64,000 bases of DNA, taken from IMG/VR virus record IMGVR_UViG_3300036398_005010; one strand, written 5' to 3'. The notes below the pieces were generated by a model. It was not told the origin of the DNA, searched no databases, and saw only the letters and a list, made by a program, of their open reading frames with translations. Made by a program: the position numbers and the translations under genes. This document shows, in pieces, positions 27,402 through 36,037 of the stretch. Origin of the DNA: an uncultured virus (IMG/VR IMGVR_UViG_3300036398_005010) (taxonomy: Duplodnaviria > Heunggongvirae > Uroviricota > Caudoviricetes). Every line of letters begins with the position of its first letter. The stretch's first letter is position 1.

Positions 27402-28010
27402 TTATGCAGAATCTGCATAATCGGCCAGCCAGGGCGGCACCGGTGGGATCGGCTGGGCCACCTGGGGCATGATCAGCACCAGGCAGCCAAGCGCGTCGCT
27501 CTGCAGGCGCAGGGGACCGCCGTGGTAGCCGCTGATCACCAGCTGGTCGCTCTCCTCGTTGATGGTCCGCACGGCCTTGGTGAGCAGGCCCAGGTCGTAG
27601 CGGCCGGCCGTGGTGCTCAGTTCTGGCTCCTCTCCCCAGAGGCGCAGAACCTCAGCTATGGCCTCCTGCAGGGGCGGCTGCTCGCTGCACGGGGCAATGG
27701 GGAAGTCCTGGCTCTTGGAGTGCTCCTTGTAGTAGGTGGTGACGGTGGCCGTGTCGCCGTCGATCGTGAGCTCACGCTGGGCGCTCTTGATGCCCTTGCT
27801 GGCTGAGACCAGGTCTTTGTCTGGCAGGAAGGTGGCGGCTGCTGCGGCGTGACCGTTGGGGTCGAAGCCAAGGAAGGTGGCGGCACCCCGGTCGCTGGCT
27901 GTGACGCAGATGCCGCCGGCCAGCGGGCTCAAGGTGACGCCCTGGAATGGGGCCCACTTGCCGGTGAACTGGGCCGCGAGATTGAAGAGGGAGGAACGGA
28001 GTCGGAACAT
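27402..28010 (-). CDS. DNA polymerase beta-clamp-like protein
   Basis: FQGVTL...VTASDRG and C-terminal PLRL...LVLIMP patterns. Confidence 0.5.
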   Translation of the reverse strand: MFRLRSSLFNLAAQFTGKWAPFQGVTLSPLAGGICVTASDRGAATFLGFDPNGHAAAAATFLPDKDLVSASKGIKSAQRELTIDGDTATVTTYYKEHSKSQDFPIAPCSEQPPLQEAIAEVLRLWGEEPELSTTAGRYDLGLLTKAVRTINEESDQLVISGYHGGPLRLQSDALGCLVLIMPQVAQPIPPVPPWLADYADSA

Positions 28011-28286
28011 GGCGCAGAGTCGTCGATGGGTGTCCAGCGCCAGGGGAGCTGCCACTCAGCGAGCTGCTGGTTGGCGGCGGACAGCTCGTGGTCCTGAACG
28101 GTGGGCGTCCACTCGGGGCAGATCGGGGATTGGGTAACGAGGTGCAACAGGAGGACGCGGGTCCAGGCCATGGGCTCCGGTTGGAGCTTCACCCTACGGC
28201 GCGGGTGCATGCTGTGTCTTGCGCCGTGGAAGATTGTGGCAGGTTTCCGTCGATAGGATGGGGCGAGTCCGTGACGGCTCAACCGG

Positions 28287-28604
28287 TTGTTGCCCGTGCC
28301 CTCAGAAGACGTCTCGCACGCTGACATCTACCGGTCCCTGGGGATCCTGGAAGGGAAGCTGGACGCTGTCGTACAGGCACTGACACAGCGCAACCAGGAG
28401 TTCGAGACGGCGCTCAAGCGGATTGGCGATCTGGAGAAGACCGTGGCCAAGGGCCTGGGGATGGCGATGACCTTCTCGGTGGCGCTGCCGATCGTGATCA
28501 GCGGCATCGGCCTGCTGCTCACGCTGGGGCTTTTTCGGGTGGGGCCACCTGCTGCCGCGCCGCAGACGCCTCATCCTTCGGGCGTTCATGGCCACGCTCC
28601 TTGA
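28287..28604 (+). CDS. coiled-coil plus single-TM protein (XhlA/holin-like)
   Basis: IYRSLGILEGKLD...RIGDLEK then hydrophobic helix; ATAGGAT upstream. Confidence 0.6.
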   Translation: MLPVPSEDVSHADIYRSLGILEGKLDAVVQALTQRNQEFETALKRIGDLEKTVAKGLGMAMTFSVALPIVISGIGLLLTLGLFRVGPPAAAPQTPHPSGVHGHAP

Positions 28605-28815
28605 TCGGGGCCGCCTCTGCGGGGCAGAAGCGGCGGTTGTAGTGGGGCTCAAGGATGGCCAGCCACTGGGAGCTGGTGAGCCGGCGGCCGGTGCGCTCGT
28701 TGAGCTCAGCGGTGGCACTGGGTTCGCCATGGGGGATGGCCTGGGCCTCGAGGGCGACAGCGATGGTGAGCCTGAGCAGGCAGTGGGCCGTGAGCTCGAG
28801 TTGGTCATGCGGCAT
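28519..28815 (-). CDS. hypothetical protein
   Basis: ATG at 28815. Confidence 0.5.
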   Translation of the reverse strand: MPHDQLELTAHCLLRLTIAVALEAQAIPHGEPSATAELNERTGRRLTSSQWLAILEPHYNRRFCPAEAAPIKERGHERPKDEASAARQQVAPPEKAPA

Positions 28816-29572
28816 GCCCGCGGCCGTAACCACTGAACAGGCCGGCCTTGCGGCGCAAGCGGATGGCATTGCCGGCCTCTGAGCCCGGCTGCTGGCCGCC
28901 GTGTGAGAGGTGGCAGAAGTGGGTGGGCTCGTCCTGCCAGGCCAGCTTGTCGGTGTAGTCGATCTCCAGGCCCAGGGCTGCTGCCTCCTCGGGGTGGTTG
29001 ACCACCCGAGCAGTGCGCGGGAAGAGGCCGGCCTCCAGCAGGTAGTCGAACTTGCCGCCCCAGGAGGCGGTGACCCGCAGGTTGGCTGGTAGGGGCATGA
29101 GCCCGGTCGGGGCGGGGCTGTCCTCCAGGAAGATGAACAGGTTCTTGGTGTAGAGGTAGTGGATCAGCTCGGGGGTGGCTGCGCTGCAGGCGATGATGGC
29201 GTCACGCAGGGCGGTTGAGTAGCAGTCGCCGCCGGTGAACCAGCGCAGGTGAGTGGACTTGTGAGTCCTGGCTGCCGAGATGCCGGCCATCAGGAGCTCG
29301 GCCATCGGGCCGGCCTCGAGCGGGGCGATCAGCTCGAAGTTGCGCCAGCGGGCCTTGCGCACTGTGGTGAAGCGGCACTCGGCCGAGGCTTCGTGGCAGC
29401 GAAAGCGCTGCTGCGGGCCGTCGATGATCGTGCCGGTGACGCGATCGGCCTTGGCTAGGCAGTGCAGAGCGCCCGGGCAGGTGAAGCCGGACGGGAGCGC
29501 AAAGGTGAGGGTGGAGTCAGGCAGCTTGGAGTTGCCTTCCCCGAAGAAAGGGATGCCGTTGGAGATGAGCAT
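28805..29572 (-). CDS. GP88-family protein (radical-SAM-like phage protein)
   Basis: GNSKL...TFALPSGFTCPGA..C, RWFTGGD.YS, YLYTK, NLRVTASWGG. Confidence 0.75.
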   Translation of the reverse strand: MLISNGIPFFGEGNSKLPDSTLTFALPSGFTCPGALHCLAKADRVTGTIIDGPQQRFRCHEASAECRFTTVRKARWRNFELIAPLEAGPMAELLMAGISAARTHKSTHLRWFTGGDCYSTALRDAIIACSAATPELIHYLYTKNLFIFLEDSPAPTGLMPLPANLRVTASWGGKFDYLLEAGLFPRTARVVNHPEEAAALGLEIDYTDKLAWQDEPTHFCHLSHGGQQPGSEAGNAIRLRRKAGLFSGYGRGHAA

Positions 29573-29591
29573 GAGACGTGAGAGGACGCAT

Positions 29592-29622
29592 GAAAAAGCC
29601 CCGGGCCGAGAAGCCGCGGGGC
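29592..29622 (-). terminator. intrinsic terminator-like hairpin
   Basis: Minus strand GCCCCGCGGC-TTCTCG-GCCCGGGGC-TTTTTC. Confidence 0.65.
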
Positions 29623-29649
29623 GATGGAGATGGGTGATTGCCCTGGCTG

Positions 29650-30129
29650 CTATGGATGGGCAGCCTGGGCGACGCGGACAGCGGCGAGCTGCTGCTCCAA
29701 GGCGGCGGGCTCACCGGCGTCGATGGCGTCGTGGTGGTAGTAGGCCGAGGCCCAGGGGACGAAGTCGGGGTCTTCTGGCAGCGGGTTGCCTTCGGTGAGC
29801 CAGTCGAGTTCGGTCATGCCGCAGGGGGCATGCCAGATCCCGTCGGCGACGTACCAGCGGGCGGCGAGACGGGTGGCTGTCCAGGCAGGGACTCGCGCAG
29901 TGCGCAGCCCGAAGGAGCGGGACCGGGCGCGCCACTGGAGCCGGATACGGTCATCGGGCATGCCAGTCCAGTCGGGATCGTTTTCAGTGATCCAGCGGCG
30001 CATGGCCGAGAGGCGGTCCGCGTGAAACCCGTAGTGGGGCTCCGGTCGCCAGGCCATGACGGGCTGTGTGCCGTGCTCCAGGCTGCCGCGTTGGACGGGC
30101 TTGAGGTGTTCGATGATCCAGAGGGTCAT
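29650..30129 (-). CDS. hypothetical protein
   Basis: ATGA-coupled. Confidence 0.6.
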   Translation of the reverse strand: MTLWIIEHLKPVQRGSLEHGTQPVMAWRPEPHYGFHADRLSAMRRWITENDPDWTGMPDDRIRLQWRARSRSFGLRTARVPAWTATRLAARWYVADGIWHAPCGMTELDWLTEGNPLPEDPDFVPWASAYYHHDAIDAGEPAALEQQLAAVRVAQAAHP

Positions 30130-30365
30130 GGAGAGAAGATGGAGGAAGGGTCGCCGATTTCGCATAAGTACATCTGCTTGCTTTCTTCGTTGATGGTCTC
30201 GAAGTTGGCCCCGTTGCGGTCGCACCAGTGACGCAGGTCGCAAAGAAGATCACCGAGCGCGTACTCGGGGCCTGATCCGGTTGTGTCTCGAAAATGGTTG
30301 AGCGCCTCACCGGCCCATTGGGCGCGGGCGTCGTTCATTCGATCTGGATCTGGAGGGAGGGTCAT
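30126..30365 (-). CDS. hypothetical phage protein (DLLCDLRHWCD family)
   Basis: N..RA.WA..AL..F...DLLCDLRHWCD motif. Confidence 0.75.
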   Translation of the reverse strand: MTLPPDPDRMNDARAQWAGEALNHFRDTTGSGPEYALGDLLCDLRHWCDRNGANFETINEESKQMYLCEIGDPSSIFSP

Positions 30366-30619
30366 GGTTCAAACAGGTAGTAACGGAATCTGAATAGGCG
30401 CTGGTGTGGCTTCTTCTTTGGGCTGCGCCCGGGGACTGGGTTCCACTTCTCCAGAACCACTGATCGGCCCTGGGCGAGGTTCCGGTCCACATGGCGCATG
30501 GCGCCGTTGATGGTTGAACACCAGATGCCGTTCTTCCAGCAGCCGCCATGGGCGTAGGGGAGGAACGAGCAGTCGTCGAGGCGCACATACCAGCGCCGCC
30601 TTTTGAGGCGTGGCATCAC
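30362..30619 (-). CDS. hypothetical protein
   Basis: Coupled. Confidence 0.55.
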   Translation of the reverse strand: MMPRLKRRRWYVRLDDCSFLPYAHGGCWKNGIWCSTINGAMRHVDRNLAQGRSVVLEKWNPVPGRSPKKKPHQRLFRFRYYLFEP

Positions 30620-31071
30620 TCACACCTCACGGGCGGCGGCAGTCCCTTGTCCGCTCGCCGCACAGCGACGAACGCACAGGGGTAGGTGGCACGCAGGTGG
30701 CGGGCGTAGTCGTGGGCGAAGTGGCGAGCACCCTTGCCGTCGGGGTCGTCGTCGCAGGTGAAGGTCGTCCCGCAGGATTGCCAGGCCCAGGGCTTGTGGT
30801 GCTCGGTGAACCCGCCAAGAGCGCGTGCAAGGGTGTGTGCGCCTGGCTCAGCGATCCACACGTCGTAGGTGGGGCCGGGTTCGGGCTCGATCTCATGGGC
30901 GGGGACGAAGACTTCGGCCTGGACCCAGTAGCCATTCCGCTCGGTGTCGTGGGTGTAGTGGCCGGCGCTTTCGCGGCCGATGATGCGGATCTCGGGGGAG
31001 TCGCCGAATTGGCCTACCTCGTGATAGGCGATGGCGGCCTGAGCGAGGCGACGAGGAAACGAGTTGGTCAT
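30616..31071 (-). CDS. hypothetical protein
   Basis: Contains a G.WVQA.V.V module also present in 31393..31722 and 37316..37714. Confidence 0.65.
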   Translation of the reverse strand: MTNSFPRRLAQAAIAYHEVGQFGDSPEIRIIGRESAGHYTHDTERNGYWVQAEVFVPAHEIEPEPGPTYDVWIAEPGAHTLARALGGFTEHHKPWAWQSCGTTFTCDDDPDGKGARHFAHDYARHLRATYPCAFVAVRRADKGLPPPVRCE

Positions 31072-31189
31072 TTGTCATCTATGCGATAGAAATAAGCCCA
31101 GCACTTGCCGCGTTGTACGCGGACGCAGCGGGAGTTTGAGAATCCACCACGGCGGTAGAAGTCGGCTTTTGATATTTGTTCGTAGCCAA

Positions 31190-31393
31190 TCATTGTTTGA
31201 AAGTGTCAGAGTGAATAATGCTTTGAACGATGGCATCAGTGGTGTCACCGTCGCCGCTAGACGTGAGAAACTTTCGGAGGGAAGCTTTGTCAGGGAACGA
31301 CTTAATGAAAGCTTGTAGTGCTTCATCGAAGTCCTCAATATCGGAATCGAACTGATTGGATAAGCGAGCGTCAAAGTAGTGGGTGTACGGCAT
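31190..31393 (-). CDS. hypothetical protein, low GC
   Basis: Start codon supplied by the junction repeat. Confidence 0.55.
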   Translation of the reverse strand: MPYTHYFDARLSNQFDSDIEDFDEALQAFIKSFPDKASLRKFLTSSGDGDTTDAIVQSIIHSDTFKQ

Positions 31394-31722
31394 CAGTCAT
31401 CACCGGCAGCAGCCGGGGCGAAAAAGCTGTCAACTTTGGTGGGGCCGGGCTCGGGGTCAGGGTCGTCCACCCACACCCAGGCCCGAACCCAAGCACCGCC
31501 AGCTTCAGGCACGCGGGAGATCTCGGCAAAAACCTCGATACTTATGTGAGGGCCGGCATACTTGCGTTGAGCAAGGTTGACGTAGGGGTTGATGTTGCTC
31601 ATTGAGATGGTGTGCGGAACGTAGGTGAGCCGAGAAAGGATGCCGGCAACGGCTAGCTGGTGTAGCTGTTGGCGCGTGGATGGGTCTTGCAGGAAGGCTT
31701 TGATGTCGAGGCGCTTGATCAT
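31393..31722 (-). CDS. hypothetical protein ending APAAAGDD
   Basis: ORF track. Confidence 0.65.
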   Translation of the reverse strand: MIKRLDIKAFLQDPSTRQQLHQLAVAGILSRLTYVPHTISMSNINPYVNLAQRKYAGPHISIEVFAEISRVPEAGGAWVRAWVWVDDPDPEPGPTKVDSFFAPAAAGDD

Positions 31723-31928
31723 TCAGCTAGCTTGTCTGCAATGGACAGGCAACGCGGGCAACACTTGTTGGCAGGGCTGTGCCGGTGTTCGGCGGAGACC
31801 CATACTTCAGGATCTTTGACACCGCACAGTGTGAGACCCGTTTGGATGAAGTCATTGCGCAGGATGTGCGCAGGCGTATTGCGCAACTCATAAGCACGCC
31901 GCGCGGCTTTTTGTTGATGCCAGTTCAT
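31719..31928 (-). CDS. small Zn-finger-like protein
   Basis: H...TLCG...CCPRC. Confidence 0.6.
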   Translation of the reverse strand: MNWHQQKAARRAYELRNTPAHILRNDFIQTGLTLCGVKDPEVWVSAEHRHSPANKCCPRCLSIADKLAE

Positions 31929-32092
31929 GTCTCCTCCGCGTCACAGATGCGGGCATCGACCCACTCCCAGTAGCCCAGGCGGGTGGAGTCTTCAACGACC
32001 TCGGCCTGCCATTCGGAGAGGCCGTAATCGGGATGTTCGCCCCAGTGGCCGCCATTGGCAGCCTTTAGGCATTGGATGTCAGGGTTATTCAT
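31925..32092 (-). CDS. 55-aa hypothetical phage protein
   Basis: Hand translation MNNPDIQ...WGEHPDY..SEWQAEV...TRLGYWEWV...; coupled at both ends. Confidence 0.75.
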   Translation of the reverse strand: MNNPDIQCLKAANGGHWGEHPDYGLSEWQAEVVEDSTRLGYWEWVDARICDAEET

Positions 32093-32439
32093 CAGTGTTC
32101 ATAGGTAGGGATTCCTTCTACAATGTCTCCCTCGGGATCAAGAAGGATCCAGTTGCATCCGTAGGTTTCACGAGCAGTAATGCAGAGACTGAGCAGCCAC
32201 CCAGGGATAGGGCCTTCTTCTTGGCAGGGGTCTTCTTCGTAGGCCCAGATCCAGGCCATTTCCCAGTCCAGTGAACCCATCGAAGCGGCGTCGGGCTGCC
32301 AGATGCCCCAGTGCCAGGGAGTCAGGTTTTCGTTAAGGCTAGGCATGTGTCTAGTAGACACACGCAGTACGCGATCAACACGGCAGCCCTTGAGTTCGCT
32401 CGTGCCAGAGCGGAAGGAATAGCTAACAGAGGAACTCAT
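32092..32439 (-). CDS. hypothetical protein (DUF5983-like)
   Basis: LRVSTRH...AR..GCNWILLDPEG..VEGIPTYE. Confidence 0.6.
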   Translation of the reverse strand: MSSSVSYSFRSGTSELKGCRVDRVLRVSTRHMPSLNENLTPWHWGIWQPDAASMGSLDWEMAWIWAYEEDPCQEEGPIPGWLLSLCITARETYGCNWILLDPEGDIVEGIPTYEH

Positions 32440-32687
32440 CAGTCATCACCGGCAGCAGCCGGGGCGGGGGTTGGGCGATTCCAGCCTTTGGCATAGGTTT
32501 CTTCGGCGTCACGCTTTGCGGCGTGAAAGGTTGGCCATGGTCCCATGCAATGATCCATGTAATCTCTCCAGAACCATTCTCCTGTGTCGTATTCCCAGAT
32601 CTCGATCAAGGAAAAGACTGAACCGCCTGGAAAAGGATTCTCAAGTCGCAAGTAGAATGGCTGCCTCCTAGCTTTAGCATCATTCAT
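32439..32687 (-). CDS. hypothetical cassette gene ending APAAAGDD
   Basis: Exactly bounded by two junction repeats; low GC. Confidence 0.7.
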   Translation of the reverse strand: MNDAKARRQPFYLRLENPFPGGSVFSLIEIWEYDTGEWFWRDYMDHCMGPWPTFHAAKRDAEETYAKGWNRPTPAPAAAGDD

Positions 32688-33142
32688 CAGTCATCACCGG
32701 CAGCAGCCGGGGCGAGGTCGGGGCGAATGGAGCGCAAGCGTTCCCAGTGTTCTGGCTTGAACCAGTTGGTTTCACCGCTTATCGCCTTTTCGATCAGGCG
32801 CTGATCGAGGAGGTGCTGACGAACTTGATGAAGTTGCTTCAGAGCCTTGACGGGTTGAGTGGTGCCCGCAAGGGAGAAGCCTGGGCGCCTTGCAGTACGA
32901 ACATCGGTTTCCAATACGGAGAGAAGCAGCAGGGCTTCTTCGCAGGCGTTCAAGGCACTGGCAACTCCCACCGATGGATAGCTGAATTTGTTGGCCTCGA
33001 GGAGGAGTGCCCCGTAGGCTTGCAAGAGCTTCTCTTCCACGGCCACCAACGAGGACTGTCGATATGAAGAGCGAACGTAAGACTCCCGGATTGAGGGAAT
33101 AGCGTACTTCCGAAAGGCTTCTGAGCCGACATAGATTTTCAT
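32687..33142 (-). CDS. hypothetical cassette gene ending APAAAGDD
   Basis: Exactly bounded by two junction repeats; lower GC. Confidence 0.7.
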   Translation of the reverse strand: MKIYVGSEAFRKYAIPSIRESYVRSSYRQSSLVAVEEKLLQAYGALLLEANKFSYPSVGVASALNACEEALLLLSVLETDVRTARRPGFSLAGTTQPVKALKQLHQVRQHLLDQRLIEKAISGETNWFKPEHWERLRSIRPDLAPAAAGDD

Positions 33143-33729
33143 CAGGATTCACCGGCTTTCGCCGGGGCGAGGGGGAGCGTGGTGATTTGCGTGAAGCGCA
33201 GCTTCTTCGGCGGCACGATCACCGTGGGCTCGATCGTGGTTCTGGGGGTCCAGAACTCGTCGAAGGCGCGGGCCATGGCGGCGCGGTCCTGGGCGCCCCA
33301 GCCCGAGCGTCCTCCTTCGTGCCGGGGGTGCGCTCGCCAGCTGGGGGCGATGATGCTGGCTATCGCGTAGAAAAAATCAGGCGCGGACCACCAGAGCTCA
33401 GTGAGGGTGCATGTCATCAGCTCGCCGACGTAGCGGGTCATGGGCTGAAGCTCCGAGAGGCTGTAGATCTTGGTTGGCCTATCGGGATCCGTAGAGAACT
33501 CAACCAGGCCGTGAGGCTTCTCGCGCCTGTCCACGACCGCCAAGTGCATGTCAAAGTCGCGGCAGTCCTTGCGGGTGGTCTTAGCCAGAGGGACGTAGGC
33601 CGTGGAGAGGCCGGCCTCGTGGATGATGCGGGTGGCGACGATCTCCGGGGTGATGGAGTGGAAGTCGCTCAGCTCATGGTGCTCGAGCAGGGCGTCCTTG
33701 AGCTTGGTGGCGATGGTGTAGTCGATCAT
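33142..33729 (-). CDS. hypothetical protein ending APAKAGES
   Basis: ATG at 33729. Confidence 0.7.
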   Translation of the reverse strand: MIDYTIATKLKDALLEHHELSDFHSITPEIVATRIIHEAGLSTAYVPLAKTTRKDCRDFDMHLAVVDRREKPHGLVEFSTDPDRPTKIYSLSELQPMTRYVGELMTCTLTELWWSAPDFFYAIASIIAPSWRAHPRHEGGRSGWGAQDRAAMARAFDEFWTPRTTIEPTVIVPPKKLRFTQITTLPLAPAKAGES

Positions 33730-34292
33730 GAGGATTGAGAGAGGACGGGGTTGACAATGTCGACCCACTTGATCTGGTGAGCCTTGAGGCGGATGTAGCT
33801 GTTGAGCATCAGTCCTTTGCGGCCGAGGTCCTGGGTGACCTCGTACTGCCGGCCGACGTGGGACGCCTCGAAGTGATCGCCCAGGCGGATGGTGCTGCCG
33901 ACTGATGGGCGGACGCGTTTGCGGCTGACTGCTTGCTGCGCGTGGTGGTCACGCACGAAGTCCCGCCAGGTGCGCCGGCTGCCGCGATGGCCATCGACGG
34001 GGCACGATGGCGGCTCAGGAGCCCGGTCAAGCCAGCGCAGTGGGCAGTCGTAGTGGAAGGGGCCCATGGATTCGTCCATGTCCTTGTAGCCCCAGCAGCC
34101 GTTGTCGCGCTGCAGCAGGAATAGACCGATGAGGGGGTCCTGGTTCTTGGGCTTGATCAGGACCCAGAGCCTGTTGCCACGGACGGCGTGACCCATCAGG
34201 GCGAGGGTGCCGCCAGCAAAGAAGTTCCGGGTGAGGATTTCCTTGACGAAGGAGTCCTTGGATTGAGGGTGAGTGTTGTAGAGCCAGCCCAT
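33726..34292 (-). CDS. DUF6927-like protein
   Basis: MGWL...WGYKDMDESMGP..YDCP..WLD...WR..VR. Confidence 0.7.
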   Translation of the reverse strand: MGWLYNTHPQSKDSFVKEILTRNFFAGGTLALMGHAVRGNRLWVLIKPKNQDPLIGLFLLQRDNGCWGYKDMDESMGPFHYDCPLRWLDRAPEPPSCPVDGHRGSRRTWRDFVRDHHAQQAVSRKRVRPSVGSTIRLGDHFEASHVGRQYEVTQDLGRKGLMLNSYIRLKAHQIKWVDIVNPVLSQSS

Positions 34293-34495
34293 CAGGATTC
34301 ACCGGCTGCTGCCGGGGCGAGGGTTAACGAACTGGAGCCTTCGGGGTTGAGGATCACCGACGAGAAGGCCTTGCCCTCTTGGGACCAGAGGGTGACCTTG
34401 TAGCCGTCACCAAGTGGGGTGATGCTCAGGTCGCACTTGTGTTCAGAGGTGATCCATGTTTCGTAGCCTCGGGGCAGAAACTTGGGAATGCTCAT
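34292..34495 (-). CDS. hypothetical cassette gene ending APAAAGES
   Basis: Exactly bounded by two junction repeats. Confidence 0.7.
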   Translation of the reverse strand: MSIPKFLPRGYETWITSEHKCDLSITPLGDGYKVTLWSQEGKAFSSVILNPEGSSSLTLAPAAAGES

Positions 34496-34818
34496 CAGTC
34501 ATCACCGGCAGCAGCCGGGACTAGGGGGATTGAAGCATTGAGACGGTCGATTCCATCAATGCAGTGGATGTAGCGCCGCTTGAGGCGATGCGCTTCAACG
34601 GTGAGTTGATGGGCTCGCTGATATGAGTTGATCGCCTGCTGGCGAAAGAACTCCGCATGCTGATCTCGGAGGATCTGCCCGGCCCACAGCGCATCGGTGG
34701 CTGTTTTGTAGCACTGCTCGTGGTAGCGAGCGCGCTCCAGGAGTTGCTGTGCCTGGTGGTTGAAGTCGAAGCCGATGCGTGCAAGAGCGCCGATCGCTTC
34801 TGAGTTGGTGGTGCTCAT
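34495..34818 (-). CDS. hypothetical protein ending VPAAAGDD
   Basis: ORF track. Confidence 0.65.
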   Translation of the reverse strand: MSTTNSEAIGALARIGFDFNHQAQQLLERARYHEQCYKTATDALWAGQILRDQHAEFFRQQAINSYQRAHQLTVEAHRLKRRYIHCIDGIDRLNASIPLVPAAAGDD

Positions 34819-35156
34819 TGGCCGTCGGTTTCATCAACGGGAACCAGTCGCAGTGCTTGCGTCTTGAGGCCTGTGTGCCGCTCAAAGGCGGCCAGCGCTT
34901 CCGGGGAGTTGCCGCCGATGTGCCAGGCGTAGTCGCCTGTCGGAGTGGTGGATTCCATCCAGTCGTACACCGTGAAGACCGTGCCGTTGTGGCAGCGGAA
35001 GCACCATTCAGCCGTGGTCTTGTCGCCCATGAGGACATGCGGTATGGCAAGCAGGGCGACCAAGACGGTGTAGTTCGTTATGCAGTAGCCCTGCAGGCTG
35101 GTGCCGCCCGGATTGCCGCGGCCGAGCACGGCCAGCGGATGGAGGTTGGAGCTCAT
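34815..35156 (-). CDS. conserved phage hypothetical protein
   Basis: GTSLQGY...DKTTAEW...FTVYDW...WHIGG motif. Confidence 0.75.
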   Translation of the reverse strand: MSSNLHPLAVLGRGNPGGTSLQGYCITNYTVLVALLAIPHVLMGDKTTAEWCFRCHNGTVFTVYDWMESTTPTGDYAWHIGGNSPEALAAFERHTGLKTQALRLVPVDETDGQ

Positions 35157-35422
35157 GGCCGGCGCAGGTAGACGGGACAGAGCTGTGAGACGCTGTCGAC
35201 GAACTCAGCGGTATCGACAGTGGTGGTCGTGCCGCTGTAGTTGATCATTGGCGAGTTGCGATGCGGGGCCGCGTTCTCGGTGAGGGCCATCCGCAGAGCA
35301 GTGTCGAAGTCGAGCCCAAGCGAGCGGAGCCGGCAGTAGCGAGAAGCCGCGAGGTTGGGGTAGAACTGCGCCATGGCTGGCGGTGCCGCCAGTAGCGCAA
35401 GCACGAGGAGGAGCGGTTTCAC
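35153..35422 (-). CDS. signal-peptide-bearing small protein
   Basis: MKPLLLVLALLAAPPAMA|Q; two Cys. Confidence 0.7.
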   Translation of the reverse strand: MKPLLLVLALLAAPPAMAQFYPNLAASRYCRLRSLGLDFDTALRMALTENAAPHRNSPMINYSGTTTTVDTAEFVDSVSQLCPVYLRRP

Positions 35423-35685
35423 GTAGCAGAAGAGAGCGGAGTGGAGGCGTAGCGAATGGCGGAGCGGAGCTTGGCGAGGCAGTGATCCCTGCTGCCCCGG
35501 GCCCAGATCTCGTCGGCCGGGACATAGGGGCTGATGTCGGCGAGGATCCGATGAATGAAGTAGGTGCGCGGATGTGAAGCCTTGGCGCGCACCGTGAAGG
35601 AGTAGCGGGGAGCCTTCTCACCCCAGCGCTTGAAGGACAGCTGGTTGAGTTGCTCCACCGCTTGGGGAATCGTGAGCTGGGTCAT
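35419..35685 (-). CDS. hypothetical protein (MTQLTIPQAVEQLNQLSF...)
   Basis: 5' end duplicated at 36675-36729. Confidence 0.65.
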   Translation of the reverse strand: MTQLTIPQAVEQLNQLSFKRWGEKAPRYSFTVRAKASHPRTYFIHRILADISPYVPADEIWARGSRDHCLAKLRSAIRYASTPLSSAT

Positions 35686-36037
35686 GGGGCTTGGTGAGGC
35701 GGCTGTGCAGGAGGCGGGCCGGTCTGCTGGCCCAACGGGGGCATTGCAGTAGCTCCAGGTAGTGATCGAAGGTGGGCACAAAGCCGAGGTCTTCGAAGAC
35801 GTGCTGATTGGCCAGCAGCGAGGTGGGCACCTTGCGCCCCTGGCTGTTGGTGATCGTCACCCCGAAGACTTGTTCGGCGTCCTTGATGCCCTGGGTATGG
35901 TGGGCGAGCATGCGATGCAGCAAGCGGTCGGTGCCGGCGCGGCCGCGGTCCATCCATTGATGGAGAGCGTGGTAGTCCTCGGGCGCGCCGCCGAAGGCAT
36001 TGGCGCTGCTAATGGAGTGATAGTGATAGTGCGACAT
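35618..36037 (-). CDS. DUF6915-like protein
   Basis: H.YHS.SSA..FGG.PEDY..LH.WMD...HR...HH..GI...QHV.EDLG.VPT. Confidence 0.75.
   Translation of the reverse strand: MSHYHYHSISSANAFGGAPEDYHALHQWMDRGRAGTDRLLHRMLAHHTQGIKDAEQVFGVTITNSQGRKVPTSLLANQHVFEDLGFVPTFDHYLELLQCPRWASRPARLLHSRLTKPHDPAHDSPSGGATQPAVLQALG

Larger units (their letters stand above)
31391..34522 (-). repeat. six copies of a 30-bp gene-junction hairpin repeat
   Basis: Copies at 31391-31420, 32437-32466, 32685-32714 (identical), 33140-33169, 34290-34319, 34493-34522; minus-strand consensus CGCCCCGGC-N4-GCCGGTGA(TGA/ATC)CTGATG. Confidence 0.95.

Noticed and set aside
31391..34522. CRISPR array (30-bp palindromic repeats)
   Set aside because: Spacing is 200-1150 bp and the intervals are whole genes; no cas operon, and the Cas4-like gene is a typical stand-alone phage exonuclease.
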